A stretch of 34,559 bases of DNA from a virus (IMGVR_UViG_2693429748_000009); one strand, 5' to 3'; counted from the stretch's first letter, positions 18,154 through 27,683 are shown. Numbers and translations are program-made. Notes: generated from the letters alone by a model not told the origin.

Positions 18154-19905
18154 ATGATTCAGGACGCTTTTGTGCGCCAGCGTGCGCGGCAACTTTACTG
18201 GCAGGGTTATCCGCCCGCAGAAATATCACGTCTGATGGGAATAAACCCGAACACGATTTATGCGTGGAAAAAACGCGACCAGTGGGATGAAACGCCACCC
18301 GTGCAGCGTGTCACGCAGTCCATCGATGCGCGCCTCATCCAGCTTACTGAAAAACAGAATAAAACAGGTGGTGACTTTAAGGAAATAGACCTGCTGACCC
18401 GGCAGCTTAAAAAACTGCATGATGGCCAGCCGGATGCGACGGCCACAGGAAAGAAAGGCCGGGCGAAAAAACTCAAAAATCATTTCACGCCGGAACAGAT
18501 TGCCGCACTGCGGGAAAAAATCATCAGCAGGCTGGAGTGGCATCAGCGGGGCTGGTTTGACTCCCTGACGCTTTGCAGGGAAGCCGGGATACGTAACAGG
18601 ATGATCCTGAAATCCCGACAGATTGGGGCGACCTGGTATTTTGCACAGGAAGCACTGCTGATGGCGCTGCGTGACGATGTGGCACAACCTTACCAGCGTA
18701 ACCAGATTTTTTTGTCTGCGTCGCGTCGTCAGGCGTTCCAGTTTAAAAGCATTATTCAGAAGGCCGCGGCTGAAGTCGATGTGGAGCTGAAAGGGGGCGA
18801 TAAAATCATCCTCTCCAACGGCGCAGAGATGCATTTTCTCGGCACTTCTGCTGCGACGGCGCAATCTTACACGGGCAATTTTTATTTTGATGAATTTTTC
18901 TGGGTCAGTCGCTTTGCTGAACTGCGCAAGGTGGCTGGCGCTATGGCAACCCTCAGCGGACTGCGGCGCACCTGCTTCTCCACGCCATCCACCGAAACGC
19001 ACGAGGCATACGCCTACTGGAACGGCGACCGCTGGAACGAGAAAAAGGCCGCGCATAAACGCCAGCGTTTTTCTGTGGACTGGAAAACGCTGCATAACGG
19101 GCTTATCTGCCCTGACCGGACGTGGCGGCAAATTGTCACGCTGGAAGATGTGGTTAATCACGGCTGGAAACACACCGATATTGATGAAATTCGTGATGAA
19201 AACACCGAAGACGAGTTCCGCAATCTCTATATGTGTGAGTTTGTCCGCGAAGGGGAATCGGCATTTAACCTGAATATCCTGATTGGCTGCGGTGTTGACG
19301 GATACGACGACTGGAAAGACTGGAAACCCTTTGCCCCCCGCCCGATGGGGAATCGTCCGGTATGGATTGGGTATGACGCAAACGGCAGCAGTGGTAACGG
19401 CGACAGCGGCGCTGTGTCCGTGGTGGTTCCTCCGGCTGTTCCTGGTGGTCGTTTCAGAACGGTGGAGACGCGACGCGTTCAGGGGCTGGAATTTGAAGAG
19501 CAGGCCAGAGTTATTGAAGAGTTCACGTATCGCTACAACGTGGAACACATCGGCATTGATGCGACGGGAGGGCACGGGGATGCCGTCTATCAGATAGTGA
19601 AACGGTTTTTTCCCGCCGCCATCCCTTACACCTTCACGCTGTCATCAAAACGGTCGCTGGTACTGAAAATGCTGCAAATAATGCGTGCCGGGCGGTGGGA
19701 ATACGATCGCGCCGAACGCGAGCTGGTTGCGGCCTTTAACGCCGTGCGTAAGGTGAAAACACCGGGCGGTTTTATCACTTACGAAACGGACCGCGCGAGG
19801 GGGATCAGCCACGGCGACCTTGCGTGGGCAACCATGCTTGCTGTCATTAACGAACCGATTGGCGGCGAAGGAGAAAACGAGCGTTTCACGGTTATGGAGT
19901 TCTGA
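18154..19905 (+). CDS. Terminase large (ATPase) subunit (P2 gpP-like)
   Basis: 583 aa, divergent from O, followed by the portal gene. Confidence 0.85.
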   Translation: MIQDAFVRQRARQLYWQGYPPAEISRLMGINPNTIYAWKKRDQWDETPPVQRVTQSIDARLIQLTEKQNKTGGDFKEIDLLTRQLKKLHDGQPDATATGKKGRAKKLKNHFTPEQIAALREKIISRLEWHQRGWFDSLTLCREAGIRNRMILKSRQIGATWYFAQEALLMALRDDVAQPYQRNQIFLSASRRQAFQFKSIIQKAAAEVDVELKGGDKIILSNGAEMHFLGTSAATAQSYTGNFYFDEFFWVSRFAELRKVAGAMATLSGLRRTCFSTPSTETHEAYAYWNGDRWNEKKAAHKRQRFSVDWKTLHNGLICPDRTWRQIVTLEDVVNHGWKHTDIDEIRDENTEDEFRNLYMCEFVREGESAFNLNILIGCGVDGYDDWKDWKPFAPRPMGNRPVWIGYDANGSSGNGDSGAVSVVVPPAVPGGRFRTVETRRVQGLEFEEQARVIEEFTYRYNVEHIGIDATGGHGDAVYQIVKRFFPAAIPYTFTLSSKRSLVLKMLQIMRAGRWEYDRAERELVAAFNAVRKVKTPGGFITYETDRARGISHGDLAWATMLAVINEPIGGEGENERFTVMEF

Positions 19906-20951
19906 TGAGCAGAAAAAATAAAAAAGTGCGCATGAGTTCACGCATTGATCTCGCTGATGCGCTCAGGAAAGAATCGTCGCTCAGTGCATTCACATTTGAT
20001 GGTCCTTACCGCCTGACCGGGCATGACCTGCTGGACAATATGTACTGTGCTGATAACGGGCGGTGGTATGAAACCCCGGTGGACTGGTACGGTCTGGCAA
20101 GAGCTGCCCGGCAAACGTCCTGGCATCAGTCTGCGCTTTACTTTAAGCGCAATGTATTGCTCGGCTGCTATATTCCGCACCCGCTGCTTTCCCGGCAGGA
20201 TTTCTCGGCGCTGGCGCTGGACTGGTTTGTGTTCGGTAACGCATTCCTTGAGCTTCGGAGCAATATGCTCGGCGAACCGCTTAAATTACGGCACGCCCTG
20301 GCGAAATACATGCGACGCGGAAGCGATCTTGAATCATGGTGGTATGTGCAGGATGGCAAGGATGCGTTTCAGTTTCGTCCTGGCAAAGTGTGCCACCTGA
20401 TGAATCCGGATATTAACCAGGAAATCTACGGCATGCCGGAATATCTTGGCGCATTACTCTCGGCCAGCCTTTCTCATTCGGCGGACATGTTCAGAAAACT
20501 GTACTACGACAACGGATCCCACGCCGGGTGCATCATCTACATCGGTGCAGCGCAGGTAAACCGCGAAAGCATGGACTCCCTGAAAGAAACGCTACAGGGG
20601 GCACGTGGTGGTGGTGCGTTTAAAAACGTGCTCATTCATGCGCCCAACGGGGGCAAAGAGGGGGTGCAAATTTTGCCGTTCCAGCAGATCACCGCAAAGG
20701 ATGAGTTCATGAATGTTAAGGCGGCATCCCGTGATGATGTGCTGGCTGCGCACCGCGTTCCGCCGCAACTGATGGGGGCGATGCCGGGCGAAAAAAGTGC
20801 GTTTGGTGATGTGGAGAAGGCCGCGCGGGTTTACGCAATTAACGAGCTGATGCCCGTCATGGAGGCCATGAAGCACATCAATGACTGGCTTGGCGAAGAG
20901 GTGATCCGCTTTAACCCTTACGCACTGTTAGACACCCAGCCCACATCCTGA
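19905..20951 (+). CDS. Portal protein (P2 gpQ-like)
   Basis: 348 aa, start overlaps the gpP stop. Confidence 0.85.
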   Translation: MSRKNKKVRMSSRIDLADALRKESSLSAFTFDGPYRLTGHDLLDNMYCADNGRWYETPVDWYGLARAARQTSWHQSALYFKRNVLLGCYIPHPLLSRQDFSALALDWFVFGNAFLELRSNMLGEPLKLRHALAKYMRRGSDLESWWYVQDGKDAFQFRPGKVCHLMNPDINQEIYGMPEYLGALLSASLSHSADMFRKLYYDNGSHAGCIIYIGAAQVNRESMDSLKETLQGARGGGAFKNVLIHAPNGGKEGVQILPFQQITAKDEFMNVKAASRDDVLAAHRVPPQLMGAMPGEKSAFGDVEKAARVYAINELMPVMEAMKHINDWLGEEVIRFNPYALLDTQPTS

Positions 20952-20978
20952 CGCGCTTCGCTTGTCTGCTGCTTCGCC

Positions 20979-21001
20979 GGGGCATAAAAAATTTATGCCC
21001 C
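20979..21001. terminator. Strong hairpin after the portal gene, possible terminator at the cos-proximal end
   Basis: GGGGCATAAA-AAA-TTTATGCCCC, no clean downstream T-run. Confidence 0.4.
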
Positions 21002-21442
21002 GACTCTCCAGCTCCTGTATCAGTCAGATAATTTCACGACGCTTTCCTGCTGATTGCCATCATCGACAGTCAGACTCTTACGCAATCCCACCTCGTTGAC
21101 TGCATATTCTCGCCGTCTCAGTGCGATTTTGACGGCCTTACCTTTCACCCCATCAAATCAAAAGCCCTCACGTCTTTTTCACGCTCAGCGTGAGAAATAC
21201 AGCCATTCTGTTGTATCTCTGCGACATCGTTCAGGGAATGCTATTTACCCCCTGAAACGCGGGCTGTTCCCCCGTCACCTGCGCGCAGAAAAAACGCGTT
21301 TTTTTGTGCATGCACGGATCCTTGACGGATCCAGCCGCCACGCGGGCCGGAAGGGCAAAAAGTCGTTCAAAAAAATTGTGCAAATTTGTGCACTATTGTG
21401 CATTTATAAAATCAACTAAAAAACACCTAGTGTGACTTACCT

Positions 21443-21628
21443 CTACCACTCGATCGGCACGTAGTCATTAAGTTCCGGAGACCAATTGCACTTTTCACAT
21501 CTGTGTTTTCCATTCTGGCAGATACATAAACGATAACGGCCACAATGCGGGCACCCATTTTCACCATTATCATAATCACCGAGCGACCATTCCTGCATAA
21601 GCAGCTCTTCTTCATCATCATTTAGCAT
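21443..21628 (-). CDS. Small Cys-rich (zinc-ribbon-like) acidic protein, unknown function
   Basis: 61 aa with CPHCGRYRLCICQNGKHRCEKC; strong SD (AGGGGGA) 5 nt upstream. Confidence 0.55.
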   Translation of the reverse strand: MLNDDEEELLMQEWSLGDYDNGENGCPHCGRYRLCICQNGKHRCEKCNWSPELNDYVPIEW

Positions 21629-21642
21629 TAATCCCCCTTGAG

Positions 21643-21882
21643 CTATTTACTCTTCTCGGCCCTCAAAATCATACGAGAACCATCATCCAGCTCCCAATTA
21701 ATTTCACCGCCTTCTGCCATGACTAGATGCCAAACGAGTTGAGCGGCCTCGTTGGTTACATCGCGACCGCGATCATTTCCTACGCGGCGTTTTGTTCCGT
21801 CTCCTAAGTCACGCATTTTTGCCAATACGATGGTTTTTGATAGCGGTGAAAAACCAAGCTGTAGTCGTGCTGAATTACTCAC
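21643..21882 (-). CDS. Hypothetical protein (79 aa, GTG start overlapping the upstream stop)
   Basis: ORF with GTGA start/stop overlap with 21879..22403. Confidence 0.45.
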   Translation of the reverse strand: MSNSARLQLGFSPLSKTIVLAKMRDLGDGTKRRVGNDRGRDVTNEAAQLVWHLVMAEGGEINWELDDGSRMILRAEKSK

Positions 21883-22403
21883 TGGCTGCCCCCTTTGTAC
21901 TGTGTTAACTCTTCCTGCTCCTGCATCATGCGATTGACCTGAACGCGTGTGCGTCGAACGGCAAAATTAAATTGAAACATGAGCCGGAACATTTCTGATG
22001 CTTCCGTGTGAGCATCACGGATAGGTGACAGGCGGTACAGTTCTGCCTCCGTAGCTTGTTGAATCAATGACAGATCAAATTGAAGTGCGGGTCTGGTACA
22101 TTTTGCACATCTGGCAGCAAGCTCCGGTATTAGTCTCTTAACGAAGGTGTTTTGCACCGCTTTGTTGATTTGTGTCTGCATCCAAATCGCAAATTTCAGC
22201 GAACGCATAAGTTTGATAGCCTCGGGCAGCGGCAGATAGATCATGCTGGTAGATTTGGGTGGTTGGTGAACCATCTTCACGGATACGCGATTTCGCAGCG
22301 TTCGGAAAATCGTGTTCCCAACAACAGCTTCTACGGATACAGGACAGGGAGCCAGACCAGCCCGCAGTGCTTCTTTCATTAGCATGTATTCGTATTTTTT
22401 CAT
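21879..22403 (-). CDS. Hypothetical protein (174 aa), unknown function
   Basis: GAGGA Shine-Dalgarno 7 nt upstream of the ATG; same strand as parR. Confidence 0.55.
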   Translation of the reverse strand: MKKYEYMLMKEALRAGLAPCPVSVEAVVGNTIFRTLRNRVSVKMVHQPPKSTSMIYLPLPEAIKLMRSLKFAIWMQTQINKAVQNTFVKRLIPELAARCAKCTRPALQFDLSLIQQATEAELYRLSPIRDAHTEASEMFRLMFQFNFAVRRTRVQVNRMMQEQEELTQYKGGSQ

Positions 22404-22463
22404 CGTGTTTTCCTCGTGCGGGGCGACAGTGCACCCCGATAAAATTAAAAGCCGTCAAATTCG

Positions 22464-22775
22464 TCATTCAGGAAATAATGCCCGGATATTCCCTGCTATC
22501 TGACTGGTTATCTGTGCGGTTGGTACTGGCTGTGGCACGGGGCGTTCTGTCCTGGTTTGTGTCACCGATAACGCCTCATCGTCAGCCCATGCAGCCAGTC
22601 GGTAAGCCTCTGCTGGATTCATTTTCAGAAGTGCCAGCCCGGCCAGAAAAGCCACGCGTTGGCCGCTTTTGCGGGCTTCTGGTGTAAGGCTGCCCAGCCA
22701 GGCGCATGCTTCGCTTTCGTTCTTGACGGCCGCAGGCTTCAGATAGAAACTTATCCGTCTGGTTGGTGTCGTCAT
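22464..22775 (-). CDS. parR: ParR-like centromere-binding adaptor (ribbon-helix-helix)
   Basis: MTTPTRRISFYLKP...AFLAGLALL...NIRALFPE resembles R1 ParR (recalled). AAGGAG SD lies inside the parM 3' end. Confidence 0.6.
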   Translation of the reverse strand: MTTPTRRISFYLKPAAVKNESEACAWLGSLTPEARKSGQRVAFLAGLALLKMNPAEAYRLAAWADDEALSVTQTRTERPVPQPVPTAQITSQIAGNIRALFPE

Positions 22776-22779
22776 TGGT

Positions 22780-23739
22780 TTACTCCTTGTCCATTGCGTA
22801 CAGCCCATTAACCAGAGCAAACTGTGGCACCCCGTCCGCGATGAAAGTCGCATTAACTCCGCAGGCTTCGCGGATAGCGGGTGCCACAATCTCCGCCCCT
22901 CCACCGACAACCATCACCCGCCCGTAACCCGAAAAACCCGCCAGCGCGCGGATCACGCGTTGTTTCAGTGTTTCTTCCTTTTCACGAATAACCGCCATCA
23001 GGCTGGCGTAATGCGCGTCATTGTGGATGTGCTGGCGCAGCCAGGCTTCATCATGGCGATGTTCGATAATGGTATTGGCGATGTGGTGACTGGTGCGCAT
23101 ACCGTTAGTGGCCATCACCGACAGTACGGCATCGGCCATCAGAGAAACGCCTACGTGTGGATCGCAAAACACCTGGCTGATACCTGCCAGTTGCCCCTGA
23201 ACCTTTGCCACATCCAGCGTGGTTCCGCCCAAATCCACAATCAGCAGGGATTCAAACGGACTCATGTCAGCCAGTGCCTTAAAGCCAGCCGGAATGGATT
23301 CAGGCATAACCCGCACGTTACGGATAGTGAATGCTTCGCCGTTCTGGTACTCCACCGGGCGCATAACGTTCGCTTTTTTGCGGTTGATGTTGGCCATGTC
23401 CGGCTGTGCGTTTGTGTCGAAATACTCGCTCAGTGGCAGGGTGACAACCACATCCACCTCCTGTGGCGTGATGCCTGATTTGACCAGCGCGTGATGAATG
23501 GCAATGACATTTACATCGCTGTACTGGTATTGCGTGTCGGTTGTCTGGACAAAGCGATCGCTGACCGGATCAAAACCATAGCGCACGCCATCAAGCATGT
23601 AGTTCGCGGGCTGCATGCCACCGAACGGCGCAGACCATTCCGACTTGAAGCTGTTCGGGCTGATGGCGTTGCGGCGTTCGCCGTTCTCAGTCCATGCCAG
23701 CTTGATGTTGGTGGAGCCGTCGTCGATACAAATTTTCAT
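22780..23739 (-). CDS. parM: ParM/StbA-family actin-like segregation ATPase
   Basis: 319 aa: MKICIDDGSTNIKLAW..., YSDVNVIAIHHAL, MPESIPAG, DLGGTTLD, GGGAEIV. Close to R1 ParM as recalled. Confidence 0.8.
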   Translation of the reverse strand: MKICIDDGSTNIKLAWTENGERRNAISPNSFKSEWSAPFGGMQPANYMLDGVRYGFDPVSDRFVQTTDTQYQYSDVNVIAIHHALVKSGITPQEVDVVVTLPLSEYFDTNAQPDMANINRKKANVMRPVEYQNGEAFTIRNVRVMPESIPAGFKALADMSPFESLLIVDLGGTTLDVAKVQGQLAGISQVFCDPHVGVSLMADAVLSVMATNGMRTSHHIANTIIEHRHDEAWLRQHIHNDAHYASLMAVIREKEETLKQRVIRALAGFSGYGRVMVVGGGAEIVAPAIREACGVNATFIADGVPQFALVNGLYAMDKE

Positions 23740-23767
23740 GTCGCTTTTCCTTATGTTGATTAATTAA

Positions 23768-23882
23768 TCGTTTACGGGATTCTGAAATCCCGTTTTTGCC
23801 TGTTTTGTGCGCGCTTCATATATCGCTGCGCGTTTTTTGCTCATTTACGGGATTCGTGAGTCCCGTTTCTGTCTGTTTTTTG
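23768..23882. repeat. Two roughly 40-bp direct repeats, each with internal dyad symmetry, upstream of parM (candidate parC centromere/operator)
   Basis: TTTACGGGATTCTGAAATCCCGTTTTTGCCTGTTTTG at 23768..23807 and TTTACGGGATTCGTGAGTCCCGTTTCTGTCTGTTTTTTG at 23842..23882. The second overlaps the last codons of gene A. Confidence 0.45.
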
Positions 23883-26638
23883 TTTCCACTGGTCAGGCCA
23901 CCCCGCAGCAGGTCTGCTTTGCGGCGGGCGCGTTCAGTGGTTTCACTGATTCTCTGTGCGTGCTCTGCGTCGCGGATGGCGCGCAGCATGTCAGAAAGCA
24001 CGGTAACGGGTGTTTTCATGGTGTTCTGGTCCTGCTGAAGTGTGGATGCCAGGCGTGCGGCGGCTTCAGGGTCTGATGCCCCCAGCTGTGTCAGATAGCT
24101 GGCGACCGGGTTATGGCGGATCTCCGTGCTGCTTACGCCATGATTACGGCTCAGGCGCTGCCAGAGCTGCGTGATTCGGCTGTCCGGGCGGGTATCCGGT
24201 TTGCGTACAATTTCAAATCCCTGCGGTGCAATGATGCTGCCGTCAACGTACAGACTGCCGCCCCGTAACAGGTGCTGCATCTGTTGTTCACCGATATGCA
24301 GGCCGAGAGATTCAGCAGACTCCCGCCATTCTTTAGCGAGTAATTCGTGGTTATCAGGCAAAGGCCGCTGCTGTTTGCGGCTCTGTGTCCAGCTCTGCAT
24401 TTCATCACTGCTGTTTTTTGCCTGTTTGTCACGAAGCGAACGCATCAGCGCCCGGCGTTCGTGCCGTTTCAGTGAGCGCATCCATTCATCCACATCAACG
24501 CCGTCAGGGAGCTGCGGCCACGGTGCTGGCCGTTCTTCCGGCTGTTCTGTCCCGTTGTTGTCCGTTTCCTGTACACGGGGACAGTTATTGCCACGAGTCC
24601 AAGGGGCGGCAGGGCCGCCCTGAAGGTCAAAACCATTTTCGCGGGCGCTGTCTTCCGCTTCCGGTTTGCGTCTTACCAGCTTCCAGTTATCCGGATGCGT
24701 GCACACACGGGAGGATTCCCCGATGAGTGGTGACCAGATCCCGTAAATCTGTACGCTCTGTTCGCCGTAATCGTTCAGCTCATCGGCGAGGTCGTAGGCG
24801 GTGCGAATCAGGTAGTCTTTGCGTGGAACAAGTACGCCGCCCTGTTTCTCTATGTAGGTGGCAAAACATCCGGCATCAGCGGCGGCAAGAACCGCATCCA
24901 TTGCGTCATCCTTCAGCCGTTGCGGGCCTTCCGGGTTGCGTGCCATCTGGCTGGCAAGGCGGCGCAGTTCACGCCATACCTGGCGGGAGGGGATGCCAAA
25001 GAACTGGAACTGGCGGACCCGGTGAAGGCGCGCCCAGCCGATGGCGCGTTCCACGCTCTCGGCCATTGATTTTCCGGTTTCGTGGTCAACGCGTGGCTTG
25101 CCCGTTTTCGGGTCGATGCCATCCACGGCGCGGCTGTCCAGGTTTTTCCCGATGTAGGTGGCGATGTAGCTGGTTGGCGTGCCTTTTGAGCCGTCTACAT
25201 ACTCCGCCTTAAAGCGCGGAGTTATGTCATCGCCCAGCTCGTGACGATCTTCCTGAATGGCAATATCGCGGGTGTGGGACACAATGGTGTCGATTTCTTC
25301 CGGATGAGCAAAGACCATCATATGCCAGTGCACGGTGCCGTCATGGTGAGGCTCCGCCGTGCGGATGCCATACCAGCGCAGGCCGTCGCGGTTCAGTTTT
25401 TTGCGGACCGTCGCAAAAAACGTGTTAACCAGGTAATCGCTGGAGTCGCGCATTGTGGCCCCGTTCCATTTGGGATTCGGATGACCGTTCTCCGTTGTGG
25501 CGTGGTATTTTGACGGGCAGGTGACAGTCAGAAACACCGCTTTGTCGCCACGGGCTTCGGCCAGAAGTTCCAGCCCCTTCATGGTGGCCATCATTTCTGC
25601 CTTACGGTGAACCGGGTTACTTACTCCCGCGTAATACACCGTCTCGAGATCAATCGTGAACCCGTCTTCATTTTCCAGCATGAAACTTTTCAGGAAATCG
25701 CGTGTTTTCTCGCGCTGTGCGCGAAACTCGCTTAACGCGTCCTGGCTCAGATAGGGCGATGTTTTTCTGGAAACCAGACAGGCGGCGCGAAGTTGTTCTT
25801 CTCTCCACTCGCAACGTAACAGCCACAGTTTGCGTTTCCACCATTCCGCACAGGTCAGGCGAAGGATTGCGCCCGGCAGCAGTTCTGTGTCCGGTTCGTG
25901 CCTCCGGTCTTTGTCTGTTGTCAGTGCGTCATAATGCGGAGGCATGGCGTGTAAGTGTAACGCCATGCGGGCCAGCATCTGATACGCCTTCAGCGTTACA
26001 TCCATGGTCAGCTCGCCATCAGTCGCGCCAAAACCATCGCAGAGTTTTTCGAAGGTGCTGCTGAACATCGCCGCCGTCATGGTGGCCAGCGTCTGTATCT
26101 GGTGTTTGTTGAGTTGCGGCAGGTAAAGCAAATCGTCCAGGCGTTCACGTCCGGCAAGGGAGCGATAACCCGGTGTCAGCCAGTGTCCGTCAGTGCGATC
26201 CAGACGTTCGAATATTTTGCGCAGGGTTCCGCGTGCATAGCGTTCCGCCTGCCAGCTCTTTTTGCCTTTCCGGCGATCGGCTTCCTGTTTTTTGCGCAGG
26301 AAGGAGAGGTGGCGAATAAGCGGATCGCGCAGATAGGACGGCAGCAGGCGCAGCGAGGCCATGGCTTCATCCACCGCGCCGCGTGCCTGTTTTCTGGCGT
26401 CTCCTGCCAGTGTGATGGTTTTGTCCTGTTTTTCCTGTGCGTCCAGGCTTTTATTAATCAGGTTGCCCAGTGGCGTGGCGGAGAACGCCGCATCAGCCAT
26501 TTCCTGGCGGCGCTCGTTCTCTGCCCGGTGGGCATCCAGCCAGGAGGAAAGCGCGGATTCAGGAGCGGGGATCCCCGTTCCTTCACGCCCCACTGCGTGG
26601 CGCGGTTGTTGCCAGTCCCTGATGTACTCTGCCGTCAT
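23816..26638 (-). CDS. Replication initiator endonuclease (P2 gpA-like, rolling-circle type)
   Basis: 940 aa with HWHMMVF metal-binding motif and the paired-tyrosine motif YIATYIGK (Y-x3-Y). The N-terminal extent is uncertain. Confidence 0.75.
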   Translation of the reverse strand: MTAEYIRDWQQPRHAVGREGTGIPAPESALSSWLDAHRAENERRQEMADAAFSATPLGNLINKSLDAQEKQDKTITLAGDARKQARGAVDEAMASLRLLPSYLRDPLIRHLSFLRKKQEADRRKGKKSWQAERYARGTLRKIFERLDRTDGHWLTPGYRSLAGRERLDDLLYLPQLNKHQIQTLATMTAAMFSSTFEKLCDGFGATDGELTMDVTLKAYQMLARMALHLHAMPPHYDALTTDKDRRHEPDTELLPGAILRLTCAEWWKRKLWLLRCEWREEQLRAACLVSRKTSPYLSQDALSEFRAQREKTRDFLKSFMLENEDGFTIDLETVYYAGVSNPVHRKAEMMATMKGLELLAEARGDKAVFLTVTCPSKYHATTENGHPNPKWNGATMRDSSDYLVNTFFATVRKKLNRDGLRWYGIRTAEPHHDGTVHWHMMVFAHPEEIDTIVSHTRDIAIQEDRHELGDDITPRFKAEYVDGSKGTPTSYIATYIGKNLDSRAVDGIDPKTGKPRVDHETGKSMAESVERAIGWARLHRVRQFQFFGIPSRQVWRELRRLASQMARNPEGPQRLKDDAMDAVLAAADAGCFATYIEKQGGVLVPRKDYLIRTAYDLADELNDYGEQSVQIYGIWSPLIGESSRVCTHPDNWKLVRRKPEAEDSARENGFDLQGGPAAPWTRGNNCPRVQETDNNGTEQPEERPAPWPQLPDGVDVDEWMRSLKRHERRALMRSLRDKQAKNSSDEMQSWTQSRKQQRPLPDNHELLAKEWRESAESLGLHIGEQQMQHLLRGGSLYVDGSIIAPQGFEIVRKPDTRPDSRITQLWQRLSRNHGVSSTEIRHNPVASYLTQLGASDPEAAARLASTLQQDQNTMKTPVTVLSDMLRAIRDAEHAQRISETTERARRKADLLRGGLTSGNKKQTETGLTNPVNEQKTRSDI

Positions 26639-26644
26639 AGTGAT

Positions 26645-27010
26645 TTACTTCGTCATGCCATTCAGGGTGTCGCGGCAGACTGTAGCCAGCCGCTGAATTT
26701 CCAGCACGGTGTCTTCTGTGTCGGCATGGCGATGTGTGATGCGGATGCTGTCGGCAATCACATCGACGATTGCAGAGGATGGGCGCTGGTAAATGCCAAT
26801 AACGGACGGGGTGCCACCTTCAATGCGGTAAAGCCTGTAATTTCCCTCGTGGCTGTCAATCATGTAGCGACCATCAATAACAATCTTTCCGTCAGCGAGC
26901 TGCGGTACAGGCAGGGATTTCAGGTACATGTCATAACGATCACGCACGCGAGCGGCAAGATCACGCTCTGTGTTGAGCAGGTATTCAAGAAAGTCGTTGG
27001 CGAGAATCAT
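26645..27010 (-). CDS. Hypothetical early-region protein (121 aa)
   Basis: ORF immediately upstream of gene A on the same strand. Confidence 0.5.
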   Translation of the reverse strand: MILANDFLEYLLNTERDLAARVRDRYDMYLKSLPVPQLADGKIVIDGRYMIDSHEGNYRLYRIEGGTPSVIGIYQRPSSAIVDVIADSIRITHRHADTEDTVLEIQRLATVCRDTLNGMTK

Positions 27011-27151
27011 TGCGGCAATCCTCTTGTTACAGATGTGCGAAGGCCTCCCGCCGCAAGGTGCAGGAAAGGCCCGGAACAGGAATTAATGGAGTTTGTTTTG
27101 CTGCCGGATGAGCTGCTGAAGCCCGACGTGGTTTCCGGCAGTTGGAGGTGC

Positions 27152-27397
27152 TCATGCTCTGATTTCCCTCAGTAGCTGGTTGAACATCTGGGTTAGTGGG
27201 TTGCTACACCCAAACGGCATCAGGTTTACCTGATAAGAAAAGCGACCGCCTGTTTTGCGCTCTTTTCTTGTGACTAAACCGCTGCGCCAGAGACGGCGTA
27301 GCTCCGCATTAATGGTTGTGGTTGGTGTATTCAGTGCTGCGGCGATTTCTCCACTGCTACAACCCGGATTGGCAGCGATGTAGTCCAGAATGGTCAT
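27152..27397 (-). CDS. Hypothetical small protein, possibly DNA-binding (81 aa)
   Basis: ORF in the early operon. Confidence 0.45.
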   Translation of the reverse strand: MTILDYIAANPGCSSGEIAAALNTPTTTINAELRRLWRSGLVTRKERKTGGRFSYQVNLMPFGCSNPLTQMFNQLLREIRA

Positions 27398-27597
27398 CTG
27401 CGTGACTCCTGTACCTGTCTGATAAGATTCACCTGCACCACGTTGGTGGCGCAGAAGTAAGTGCCGTCAGTGAGATAGATATGATGTGCATCCTTTTCTG
27501 AACGGTGTTTGTCGATTGTGGTAATCAGGCGTTCGTCAACTTCGTATTCACGTCCTCTGGAGGTGAAACGAACGACAGGAAAATGCTTAATTGCCAT
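27394..27597 (-). CDS. Hypothetical early-region protein (67 aa)
   Basis: Start MAIKHFPVV, preceded by AAGGAGG 5 nt upstream; the track N-terminus is probably spurious. Confidence 0.5.
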   Translation of the reverse strand: MAIKHFPVVRFTSRGREYEVDERLITTIDKHRSEKDAHHIYLTDGTYFCATNVVQVNLIRQVQESRR

Positions 27598-27683
27598 TAC
27601 GCCTCCTTGGCGTGTGCGAATACCTCCGCGAATGCGGATTGTTTTCACATTTTCTTATTTAACCTGGGGTCTTATTTGCGCGG

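Noticed and set aside
18226-19575. 449-aa minus-strand ORF antisense to the terminase large subunit
   Set aside because: Arg/Pro/His-rich low-complexity translation typical of a spurious antisense frame in GC-rich coding DNA; the sense strand is a clear terminase.
26102-27175. 357-aa plus-strand ORF antisense to gene A and neighbouring early genes
   Set aside because: Spans several minus-strand genes and an intergenic gap; composition looks like a chance frame.
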